Positions 1-6,984 of a stretch of DNA of 11,139 nucleotides are shown here, one piece after another. Under the pieces are notes generated by a model, which searched no databases, was not told the origin of the DNA, and worked only from the letters and a program-made list of their open reading frames with translations. The position numbers and the translations under genes were made by a program. This DNA is from PVC group bacterium (GTDB lineage: Bacteria; GCA-001730085; JADFSZ01), in NCBI GenBank assembly GCA_022560555.1, contig JADFSZ010000042.1:1-11139 (forward strand), written 5' to 3'. Numbering within the stretch: the first letter of the stretch is position 1; every line of letters begins with the position of its first letter.

Positions 1-73
1 CGATCCCAATTTTAACCCGTGAAGAGGTGCGGATTTTTGAAGTTATTTTTCGGATCAAGTCAAATTCATTCAC
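1..73 (-). CDS. thiL: ThiL-like (thiamine-monophosphate kinase / AIR-synthase-related) N-terminal fragment, runs off the left edge
   Basis: My own minus-strand translation from GTG at 73..71 gives (M)NEFDLIRKITSKIRTSSRVKIGI and stays open to position 1. The E-F-x-L-I start followed by V-x-I-G-I(-G-D-D expected next) is the typical ThiL N-terminus. GGAGG (85..81) lies 7 nt upstream of the GTG. Only 24 codons are visible, so the family call is tentative. Confidence 0.5.
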   Translation of the reverse strand, partial: MNEFDLIRKITSKIRTSSRVKIGI

Positions 74-77
74 ACTC

Positions 78-90
78 GGCCCTCCGGGCC
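78..90 (-). promoter_or_regulatory. GC hairpin (GGCCC-GGA-GGGCC in mRNA sense) overlapping the Shine-Dalgarno of the ThiL-like gene
   Basis: Plus strand reads ggccc tcc gggcc: a 5-bp all-GC stem with a 3-nt loop. In minus sense the GGAGG at 85..81 lies in the loop and 3' arm. Confidence 0.3.
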
Positions 91-94
91 TCAA

Positions 95-158
95 GTTTCT
101 AGTTTCTTGTTTCTTGTTTCTTGTTTTAACCAGAGACTAGCAACCAGAGACAAGAAAC
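95..158. repeat. Inverted heptanucleotide tandem array forming a long imperfect hairpin
   Basis: The period-7 register is unbroken: gtttcta|gtttctt|gtttctt|gtttctt|gttttaa|ccagaga|ctagcaa|ccagaga|caagaaa|c. The right half is the degenerate reverse complement of the left. Pairing 95-123 with 130-158 gives 22 Watson-Crick pairs, 2 G-U pairs (plus-sense only) and 5 mismatches. It starts 1 nt after the antiporter stop codon (160..162). Confidence 0.8.
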
Positions 159-159
159 T

Positions 160-1122
160 TTACCTTCTCCACACCAAATACACCAGATACACAACATAAC
201 TCACAAGGAATAAAACCGCTTCCCAACGATCCAAACGATGGCGCTTCCCCGTGGCCATAAACATCATAAGCATAAGGCCCCCAACAATGGAAATAGCAAT
301 ATCAACATTTAAAAACCGAACAAATGGAATATGATTCAATAATCCGCACAGCCCTAATACAAACAAAATATTCATCACGCATGAACCAATAATATTTCCA
401 ACGGCAATATCAAATTTGCCCTTTCGGACGGCTTGAACGGATGTCACAAGTTCAGGCAGGGATGTCCCCACGGCAATCACAGTTAAACCAATAAAAGCTT
501 CACTGATGCCGAAACTTTCGGCCATAGCCACAGCCCCCCGAACCGTCAATTCTCCGCCGACACCTAATGTCAATGCTCCTCCAAGTAAATACACGGCTGA
601 CCAGCCGGGCGTCAACGCCTTCACATCAGACGAAACCAAGTCTTTTGTATGATCCCTTCGTAAGCTAAATGTGTATCGTATGAATGCAACCAATAATACA
701 AGAAATGTAATGGCTTCCCAGCGATTAAGGCCAAAACTAACGGAAGAATCCATCCACGTTTCATTCAAAAATCCAAAAAGCACTAGAGTAATGAGCAAAT
801 AGAAGGGAATTTCTTTTCTGATAGTGCTAGAGCCGATATCAATAGGTCGTATCACACCTGCTATACCCATAACCAAAAAAATATTTGCGATGTTGCTGCC
901 GATGATATTACCCAAAATCAATTCTGTGTTATGGGATATGGTCCCGATGATCCCGACAACGAATTCCGGGGCCGAGGTCCCAAGAGCCACAACGGTTAAC
1001 CCGATTGCGAGCTCTGAAATCCCCGCCTTTCGAGACACATTCACCGCTCCATCCACAAGCCACGCGCCTCCTTTAACAAGGAGACCAATACCAGTTCCAA
1101 GAAATATCCAGTTGAGATACAT
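160..1122 (-). CDS. CaCA-family cation/Ca2+ (Na+/Ca2+) antiporter, YrbG-like
   Basis: 320-aa polytopic membrane protein. It has both alpha-repeat signatures, ALGTSAPEFVV and AVGTSLPELVT, each followed by GNIIGSN / GNIIGS. ATG start at 1122. Confidence 0.9.
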   Translation of the reverse strand: MYLNWIFLGTGIGLLVKGGAWLVDGAVNVSRKAGISELAIGLTVVALGTSAPEFVVGIIGTISHNTELILGNIIGSNIANIFLVMGIAGVIRPIDIGSSTIRKEIPFYLLITLVLFGFLNETWMDSSVSFGLNRWEAITFLVLLVAFIRYTFSLRRDHTKDLVSSDVKALTPGWSAVYLLGGALTLGVGGELTVRGAVAMAESFGISEAFIGLTVIAVGTSLPELVTSVQAVRKGKFDIAVGNIIGSCVMNILFVLGLCGLLNHIPFVRFLNVDIAISIVGGLMLMMFMATGKRHRLDRWEAVLFLVSYVVYLVYLVWRR

Positions 1123-1141
1123 TCGCGTAAACCCGGTGTCC

Positions 1142-1405
1142 TTAAATGCCCATTTGACTTAACATCTCGACAACGTGGCCAATTTGAGAGGCCAGTTTTG
1201 GGTGGGTTCTCTCAAAATGATCGACATATTGCCGCAAACGATCCTTGAGATTTTTGCGGTCATGATCCGCATCTTCAAAATAGTCAATAAGCTGCTGCAC
1301 ATCAAAAATGACCTTTTGAATCCGGTCCTTATCCTCGACCTCATGAGTTTCGTTTAATTCGCTTTTTAATACCTCTAAAATCTCAACAAGTTTCTCTCGA
1401 TCCAT
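1142..1405 (-). CDS. Small acidic helical protein, DUF4404-like
   Basis: 87-aa ORF. RBS GGAAAGGAAGAG lies just upstream, and the ATG is 1 nt after the preceding stop. The C-terminal pattern HFERTHPKLASQIGHVVEMLSQMGI resembles what I recall of DUF4404 proteins (HF-E-x-x-HP ... MGI end). This family call is from memory, not a search. Confidence 0.6.
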   Translation of the reverse strand: MDREKLVEILEVLKSELNETHEVEDKDRIQKVIFDVQQLIDYFEDADHDRKNLKDRLRQYVDHFERTHPKLASQIGHVVEMLSQMGI

Positions 1406-1406
1406 T

Positions 1407-2072
1407 TCACTCTTCCTTTCCTAACTGTGAGGTGTCTGAACGATCAATGGCATCCGGTAAATGAGCCTCCCCGGTCCAATACGGAACATCTGACAAATTG
1501 AATTCCATCCGTGTTTTTTTGTCCGGTTCATACTTTAAAGATCCGATATTTGAAACAGCGTCTAACTTCCATCCATCCGTTTCATAATTAAATTTCATAA
1601 AACTATATGTTACGCGCGGCAGCTCATCAAGCCCCACCATATCAGAATCTGCCACATACAGGAGCCCTGCTCTGTTTTTTGTCTCGTATATACGAACAAA
1701 TTCCAAATCAAATAGATTCTTATAATACGTCTTCATTCCCCTCAATAATGTGCTGTCGATTTCACGATTCAATGGCCCTAAAATATTGGATATTCGAACC
1801 TTGCTTTCTTTTGAAATAAACAGCTGATAAGTAGAAGCATCCCCAAGCGTGATCGATTCATACACATTTTGATAGACCAACTCGAGCTGCCCTCTTAAAT
1901 CTAGCGGAGCGTGATCATTTTTATTTGATGTATCTTGCAAATCCGTATCCGCTACATTTTCAAAACCCGGATCCGCTACTTTGGGCACCATCTCAGCTGA
2001 CTTGGAGCCAAGGTCATTCGCGGTTAAAACCACGAGAGCTGTGACCCCTAATAAAATCAGTAAGCGCTTCAT
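1407..2072 (-). CDS. Secreted hypothetical protein (signal peptide, possible NTF2-like alpha+beta domain)
   Basis: The track ORF 1407..2102 starts at a TTG. The internal ATG at 2072 is preceded by GAGGA (2082..2078, 5-nt spacing) and yields MKRLLILLGVTALVVLTAND, a classical signal peptide. That gives 221 aa. I recognise no catalytic motif. Confidence 0.65.
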   Translation of the reverse strand: MKRLLILLGVTALVVLTANDLGSKSAEMVPKVADPGFENVADTDLQDTSNKNDHAPLDLRGQLELVYQNVYESITLGDASTYQLFISKESKVRISNILGPLNREIDSTLLRGMKTYYKNLFDLEFVRIYETKNRAGLLYVADSDMVGLDELPRVTYSFMKFNYETDGWKLDAVSNIGSLKYEPDKKTRMEFNLSDVPYWTGEAHLPDAIDRSDTSQLGKEE

Positions 2073-2098
2073 AGCTGTCCTCAAGAACAAACATTTTT

Positions 2099-3562
2099 TC
2101 AAATCAACGGTCTTGCCTGCGCAGTTTGAATACGTTGCAATATTTTTTTCTTCTCCAAAAGAGCCACAGCGACATGAAGCTCAAGGCCCTCCTTTTTCCC
2201 TGTCAGCGCGATTCTTAAGGGCATATACAACTGCTTCCCCTTAACGTCAAGTTCACCTTGAATATCTTTTAAAACAGATTTGAACGCGTCAATATCTACT
2301 GTATCCATTGATTCTATTTTGCTTTGAAATAATTGAAGTACTTTTTGCCCCTCATCACTTCGAATAAACTCCACGGAAGCTTCTTCAATCTCCACTTCTT
2401 CATTCATGAACAACGCCGCATGTTGTGGAATTTCCGAAAGGCAATTCAGATACCCCCGCACAGCATCAACAACTTTTGAAATCCAGACAAATTCAGATTC
2501 ATTGACACCGTTTGGGTAATATCCCCCTTTTTGCAAATAGGGGATAGCGAGCCGCGTGAGTTTGTCAATCGGGGCTTGCCTGATATACATCCCATTCATC
2601 CAATTTAGTTTATCAATACCAAAAATAGCCGAAGATTTTGTCATCCCCTCAATGGAAAAAAGGTCTATTAATTCATCGCGTGTTAAGATCTCCCGGTCAT
2701 CTCCCGGAGACCATCCTAAAAGTGCTAAAAAATTACTGAACGCATCCGGCAAATATCCTAATTCCCGGTATTGATTGACAGACGTTGCGCCATGCCGTTT
2801 ACTCAGACGTGTTCCATCGGGACCCATGGTCATCGACATATGAGCAAATAGAGGCAATTCACACCCAAAAGCATGGAACAACGCTATGTGCCTAGGCGTA
2901 TTCGGCAAGTGATCCTCACCACGAATCACATGAGAGATCTTCATCTCAATATCATCAACGACAACGGCAAAATGAAAAGAAGGGCCGCCGTCCGATTTAA
3001 ATATCACAAAATCCCCAATGAGCTGATGGTCAAATTCAACATCTCCCCGTATCAAATCTTTGACGACAATATTTTCCTCCGGCATCTTAAAACGAATAAC
3101 AGGCTTTCTGCCTTCTTGCTCAAATTTTTTGATTTGTTCATCTGTTAAATGCCGGCAGCGGTTATCATACCGGGGAGCTTGCCCGTTTTGAATCGCGTCC
3201 TTTCTGCGTATTTCCAGTTCTTCGGCACTGCAATAACATGTGTACGCAAGATCATTCGTTTGTAATTTTTTCAAGTAAGTCTTGTAAATATCTCTCCGCT
3301 CAGATTGCCGGTAAGGGCCGTTTTCTCCTCCGATATCCGGACCTTCGTCCCAATCAAGGCCCAGCCATTTTAAATCATGGTAAATCTCATCAATATAAAG
3401 CACTTCGGAGCGTTCAATATCAGTATCTTCAATACGCAGAATAAACTTGCCTTTATATTTCCGCGCAAAAAGATAGTTAAACAGCGCCGACCTCGCGTTT
3501 CCAACATGCAGCATACCGGTCGGGCTAGGGGCGAAACGAACACGGACTTTACTAGGAGACAT
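2099..3562 (-). CDS. gltX: Glutamyl-tRNA synthetase
   Basis: 487 aa. N-terminus RVRFAPSPTGMLHVGNARSALFNY carries the class I HIGH-type motif HVGN. RLSKRHG is the KMSKS-type motif. The overall GltX layout is present, including the C-terminal anticodon-binding helices. Confidence 0.95.
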   Translation of the reverse strand: MSPSKVRVRFAPSPTGMLHVGNARSALFNYLFARKYKGKFILRIEDTDIERSEVLYIDEIYHDLKWLGLDWDEGPDIGGENGPYRQSERRDIYKTYLKKLQTNDLAYTCYCSAEELEIRRKDAIQNGQAPRYDNRCRHLTDEQIKKFEQEGRKPVIRFKMPEENIVVKDLIRGDVEFDHQLIGDFVIFKSDGGPSFHFAVVVDDIEMKISHVIRGEDHLPNTPRHIALFHAFGCELPLFAHMSMTMGPDGTRLSKRHGATSVNQYRELGYLPDAFSNFLALLGWSPGDDREILTRDELIDLFSIEGMTKSSAIFGIDKLNWMNGMYIRQAPIDKLTRLAIPYLQKGGYYPNGVNESEFVWISKVVDAVRGYLNCLSEIPQHAALFMNEEVEIEEASVEFIRSDEGQKVLQLFQSKIESMDTVDIDAFKSVLKDIQGELDVKGKQLYMPLRIALTGKKEGLELHVAVALLEKKKILQRIQTAQARPLI

Positions 3563-3615
3563 TTATCGATTTCCCATTTTTATTTTGTGATTTTAAGTTG
3601 TTTACCCGGATTTCT

Positions 3616-3636
3616 GTCATGAGTCATGCGCCATGA
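3616..3636. repeat. Three tandem heptads gtcatga|gtcatgc|gccatga (palindromic TCATGA/CATG cores)
   Basis: Read directly from the sequence, in the radA-gltX spacer. TCATG-CGC-CATGA (3624..3636) can also fold as a 5-bp hairpin. Confidence 0.6.
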
Positions 3637-3680
3637 GAAATAGGCTCAACAAAAAAAACCTATCGATTGTTTCCGAAAGC

Positions 3681-3708
3681 ACATTTTACATGTCACATGT
3701 CGATGTTC
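3681..3708. repeat. Four tandem heptads acatttt|acatgtc|acatgtc|gatgttc (palindromic ACATGT core)
   Basis: Read directly from the sequence. It abuts and overlaps the radA stop codon (3707..3709). Confidence 0.6.
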
Positions 3709-5071
3709 AATATATTTCCGTCACTTCTAAAAAGTTTGCCTTCGCGATAATGTCCAAGCCTTTGATCGGCTCAAGACCCTTCTGATTATGAACGGATATC
3801 ACTGCTTTTTTAAAACCCATCTTTCTGGCTTCTTTCAAGCGTGTAGAAATCTGACTGACACCGCGCAGTTCTCCCCCCAGTCCAACCTCCGCGCAAAAAA
3901 TTACTTCTGTCTCAATGGACTTATCACGAAAGCTCGATCTGAGCGCCATGAGAACTCCTAGGTCCGATGCCGTTTCATCAATTTTTAATCCTCCCGCCAC
4001 ATTTACAAAAACGTCCTGATCACCCAAATGCTCATGCCCCCTCTTATCCAAAACAGCCATGAGCATGGACACTCGGTTGTGATCCAAGCCCGTGGTGGTT
4101 CTGCGTGGGGCACCAAAACTACTAGATGGACTCACCAAAGCCTGGATTTCAGCTAAAATGGGACGTGTCCCCTCCAGACAAACAACTATGACAGATCCGG
4201 ATATCGGCTGTGTTCGTTCGGATAAAAAGACTTCCGACGGATTTTTGACCTCCTCCAGCCCGGATGATTTCATTTCAAAAACCCCAATCTCATTGGTTGG
4301 TCCAAAGCGATTCTTAACGGTTCGTAAGATCCTGTAGTGCCCGTTACGCTCACCTTCAAAATAAAGAACCGTATCCACAATATGCTCGAGTACACGCGGT
4401 CCGGCTATTTGCCCGTCTTTGGTCACATGCCCGATCAAAAAAATGGAAATTCCTTCCCCTTTAGCTAAATACATCAAGTGAGCGGCACACTCCCGAACTT
4501 GCGACACACTTCCCGGGGCTGATGGTAAGTTCGGCTTAAAAACAACTTGAATCGAATCGATGACTAAAATCTGCGGTTTCATCTCTTTGACAAAGCGCGT
4601 GATTGTCTCCATATTTGTTTCAGAAACAACATACAGATCTGAGGTGCTTTCTCCTAATCTGTCGGATCTCATCTTCACTTGCCCAACAGATTCCTCCCCT
4701 GAAACATACAAAACTTTCTTACCCATTGATCCTAATGTTTTAGACACCTGCAAAAGCAGCGTTGATTTTCCAATTCCGGGGTCACCGCCAATCAGAACAA
4801 GAGACCCCCGAACAACGCCTCCGCCAAGAATCCGGTCAAACTCATGAATGCCTGACGGGAATCTAATCTCATCCCCGATAACAACCTCCCGAATAACTTT
4901 CGGAGCCAACGAAGAAAATTGTCGATGACTGAATTCTTCCTTAACAGGCATACTGACGGCTTCCTCCGTGATGGTATTCCACTCGCTGCATTCAGAGCAT
5001 CGTCCTACCCAAAAGGGAGATTCCGCGCCGCAGTTTTGACATACATATTTAATTTTGGATTTCGATTTCAT
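3707..5071 (-). CDS. radA: DNA repair protein RadA/Sms
   Basis: N-terminal C4 zinc finger CQNCGAESPFWVGRCSECSEW, Walker A GDPGIGKST, the RadA-specific KNRFG motif, and a Lon-protease-like C-terminal domain. The track ORF begins at a TTG (5125). The ATG at 5071 (MKSKSKIKYVCQNCG, 454 aa) fits the family length. The 18 extra codons are encoded by the heptad repeat. Confidence 0.93.
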   Translation of the reverse strand: MKSKSKIKYVCQNCGAESPFWVGRCSECSEWNTITEEAVSMPVKEEFSHRQFSSLAPKVIREVVIGDEIRFPSGIHEFDRILGGGVVRGSLVLIGGDPGIGKSTLLLQVSKTLGSMGKKVLYVSGEESVGQVKMRSDRLGESTSDLYVVSETNMETITRFVKEMKPQILVIDSIQVVFKPNLPSAPGSVSQVRECAAHLMYLAKGEGISIFLIGHVTKDGQIAGPRVLEHIVDTVLYFEGERNGHYRILRTVKNRFGPTNEIGVFEMKSSGLEEVKNPSEVFLSERTQPISGSVIVVCLEGTRPILAEIQALVSPSSSFGAPRRTTTGLDHNRVSMLMAVLDKRGHEHLGDQDVFVNVAGGLKIDETASDLGVLMALRSSFRDKSIETEVIFCAEVGLGGELRGVSQISTRLKEARKMGFKKAVISVHNQKGLEPIKGLDIIAKANFLEVTEIY

Positions 5072-5076
5072 TTTAT

Positions 5077-5114
5077 TTCGTAAATGGTACTTCGTAAATG
5101 GTAAATGGTTTAAA
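5077..5114. repeat. GTAAATG-type heptad array (minus sense CCATTTAC...), left arm of intergenic element B
   Basis: ttcgtaaatggta occurs twice (5077-5089 and 5091-5103). Heptad register: gtaaatg|gtacttc|gtaaatg|gtaaatg|gtttaaa from 5080. Confidence 0.8.
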
Positions 5115-5153
5115 AACAAAAACAATAAATTACGAATAATATTCCAAATATGT

Positions 5154-5184
5154 ATTATATTTTTTCCTAAATCTTTCCTTCCAA
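5154..5184 (-). promoter_or_regulatory. Candidate sigma70-type promoter for radA
   Basis: Minus sense has TTGGAA (5184..5179), a 19-nt spacer, then TATAAT (5159..5154). The spacer is longer than optimal and the region is very AT-rich, so chance matches are likely. Confidence 0.25.
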
Positions 5185-5210
5185 CAATTTATAAATTTAA
5201 TTATTTATTA

Positions 5211-5276
5211 TGATTTACAATTTTACGAATAAAAAAATTATAGATAACGATTTACAAATTACGATTTACTATTTAC
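5211..5276. repeat. ATTTAC-type heptad arrays (plus sense), right arm of intergenic element B
   Basis: Exact period-7 run cgattta|caaatta|cgattta|ctattta|c at 5248-5276. Also tgatttacaattttacgaataa at 5211-5232. The orientation is opposite to the 5077-5114 array. Confidence 0.75.
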
Positions 5277-5285
5277 AGCTTCTTA

Positions 5286-6140
5286 TCATCTCCGTCCGGA
5301 ACGGCGCGAATCATCATCTGTTTTATCCGGCTTTGGTTTTCTCACACGCGTCTTTCTCAGAAGCTTCCAGGGATGAGCGCGAATGTCTTTGACCAATGCT
5401 TCAAAATCCTCATAAATGGTATCATCCTTAAGGAGCCGGCCAAGAGTGCCTTCGGCTGTTTCAATGGATTCAAACATATTTTTCAGAAGATCCAGATTAG
5501 AGTTTAAAAGAGCTATAGCACGCGAAAAATCTTCCCGGTTTCCTTCAATAGTCGCATTGATATTGTCAGCAAGAATATGTATAGAATCCAAAGCTGCATT
5601 AAAATTGTTCATCAATTGCCCGGCACTCTGAGACAATTCAGGATCTCCCATAAAAGCATTAATTGACAAAACCGTTTTTTTCAATTCACCGAGAAGCTTT
5701 TCTCCCTCATTTAAAATCACAGTCAGTGTTGTCGGATCTTGACCGATGACATGATAACCATCCTTGATAAGCGGAGCCTGACTCAAAGGATCCACACGAA
5801 TTTCAATAAAACGCTCTCCCATAATTCCTTGACTCCCAATGGTGAAATTGGCGTCTTCTGGCAATTTAACCCGTTTTTTAACCCAGAGGACCAATTCCAC
5901 GTGACCAATGTCTTTCGCCAATTGGATCTGATCAATACGCCCCACTTCAACACCCGATAAGTACACAGGGCCTCCGACACTCAAACCACTAATATTCCTA
6001 AACGACACTCGGACCCTGTACCCCTTTTCAAAAACATTATCATCACTGAACAACACAATCATCATGCCCAGAAGAAGCAAGGCCACACTCACCATAATAC
6101 CAACCTTCAGTTCTAATCGCTCTTTTCTACGGTCTTTCAT
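5286..6140 (-). CDS. mlaD: MCE-domain protein, MlaD-like, with long C-terminal helical extension
   Basis: 284 aa. N-terminal TM helix (VGIMVSVALLLLGMMIVLF), then an MCE core (YRVRVSFRNISGLSVGGPVYLSGVEVGRIDQIQL...GERFIEI). RBS AAGAGG (6152..6147) lies 6 nt before the ATG. The tail carries GTLGRLLKDDTIYEDFEALVKDIRAHPWKLL, a motif common in MCE proteins. Confidence 0.88.
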   Translation of the reverse strand: MKDRRKERLELKVGIMVSVALLLLGMMIVLFSDDNVFEKGYRVRVSFRNISGLSVGGPVYLSGVEVGRIDQIQLAKDIGHVELVLWVKKRVKLPEDANFTIGSQGIMGERFIEIRVDPLSQAPLIKDGYHVIGQDPTTLTVILNEGEKLLGELKKTVLSINAFMGDPELSQSAGQLMNNFNAALDSIHILADNINATIEGNREDFSRAIALLNSNLDLLKNMFESIETAEGTLGRLLKDDTIYEDFEALVKDIRAHPWKLLRKTRVRKPKPDKTDDDSRRSGRR

Positions 6141-6171
6141 ATTTCGCCTCTTTTCACATTCTTAAATAATT

Positions 6172-6912
6172 TTACTTATGATCAATCAATTCCCCTTGGA
6201 TAAATCCTTTTAGAATCGGATCCTGAGAATTTTTAATTTCTTCGCATGTGCCTATAACCCTGATACCCCCCTCATGCAGAAGGGCAATCCTATCCGCAAT
6301 CATAAAGGCACTATGCATGTCATGCGTAACAACAATGGAGGTCACACCTAGCTTATTTTTCAAATCAATAATAAGCTTATTGATGGTGTTCGCCATAATC
6401 GGATCAAGTCCTGTTGTTGGCTCGTCGTAAAGTATAATGTCCGGATCATGAGCTATGGCCCGGGCCAGTCCGACTCTCTTTTTCATTCCCCCCGATAAAT
6501 CACTGGGCAGGGTGTCCATGACATGTTCCATACCGACAAGAGCCAGTTTTTCACGCACAATATTCTCAACATCCCTACCATTTGGAGTTTTTTGACTTTG
6601 ATATAAGACAAATCCGACATTTTCCTTTACCGTTAACGAATCAAACAGGGCTGCTCCTTGAAAAAGCATTCCAAATCTTTTTGTGATTTTCATTCGTTCC
6701 GCTTCATTCAGATTGGTAATATTAAAATCATCTAAAAATATTTGTCCGTGATCGGGATCTAAAAGAGTCATAATAATCTTTAACAAAACGCTTTTTCCCG
6801 CCCCGCTCGGCCCGACAATAACCAATGTCTCTCCATGATTGACTTCAAGGCAGAGATCATTGAGAACAACTTCGTTCCCAAAACTTTTTGATATATTTTT
6901 AAGCCGTAACAT
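6172..6912 (-). CDS. mlaF: ABC transporter ATP-binding protein, MlaF-like
   Basis: Walker A GPSGAGKS, Q-loop, signature LSGGMKKRVGLARA, Walker B IILYDEPTTGLD, H-loop VTHD. The track ORF starts at TTG 6954. The ATG at 6912 gives MLRLKNISKSFG (246 aa), the usual family N-terminus. Confidence 0.9.
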   Translation of the reverse strand: MLRLKNISKSFGNEVVLNDLCLEVNHGETLVIVGPSGAGKSVLLKIIMTLLDPDHGQIFLDDFNITNLNEAERMKITKRFGMLFQGAALFDSLTVKENVGFVLYQSQKTPNGRDVENIVREKLALVGMEHVMDTLPSDLSGGMKKRVGLARAIAHDPDIILYDEPTTGLDPIMANTINKLIIDLKNKLGVTSIVVTHDMHSAFMIADRIALLHEGGIRVIGTCEEIKNSQDPILKGFIQGELIDHK

Positions 6913-6920
6913 TTTAAATA

Positions 6921-6957
6921 CCGTAAATAGATAATGGTAAATGGTAAATGGCAAAAG
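6921..6957. repeat. GTAAATG-type heptad array, left arm of intergenic element A
   Basis: cc gtaaata|gataatg|gtaaatg|gtaaatg|gcaaaag. It contains the same 15-mer gtaaatggtaaatgg (6937-6951) that is found at 5094-5108. Confidence 0.8.
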
Positions 6958-6984
6958 AAAAAGTGATTCTTTTTAGTATAATTT

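Noticed and set aside
1-139. Plus-strand frame open from the left edge to TAG at 137-139 (IPILTREEVRIFEVIF...)
   Set aside because: Its second half is just the translated GTTTCTT heptad array. The opposite strand gives a much better explanation: a ThiL-like N-terminus with a GGAGG RBS.
824-1162. Plus-strand ORFs of 60-112 aa inside the minus-strand genes (824-1162, 1607-1819, 2873-3148, 4560-4847, 8991-9311, 10677-10910 and others)
   Set aside because: All lie antisense within strongly supported CDSs. Their compositions are biased (Pro/Arg/Ser-rich or Ile/Phe-rich), as is typical of shadow frames. None has a recognisable RBS or motif.
3563-3706. T-box leader, riboswitch or clear intrinsic terminator between radA and gltX
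   Set aside because: I could not find a specifier or T-box-like conserved sequence. The only T-run in gene sense (ggtttttttt, 3659..3650) is not preceded by a convincing GC stem; ATAGG/CCTAT would put the run inside a 14-nt loop.
5072-5125. N-terminal extensions of radA (TTG at 5125) and mlaF (TTG at 6954) in the ORF track
   Set aside because: Both extensions start at TTG and are encoded entirely by the heptad repeats (HLPFTKYHL / PFTIYHYLF). They would add residues before the conserved family N-termini (zinc finger; MLRLKNISKSFG). The internal ATGs give canonical lengths.
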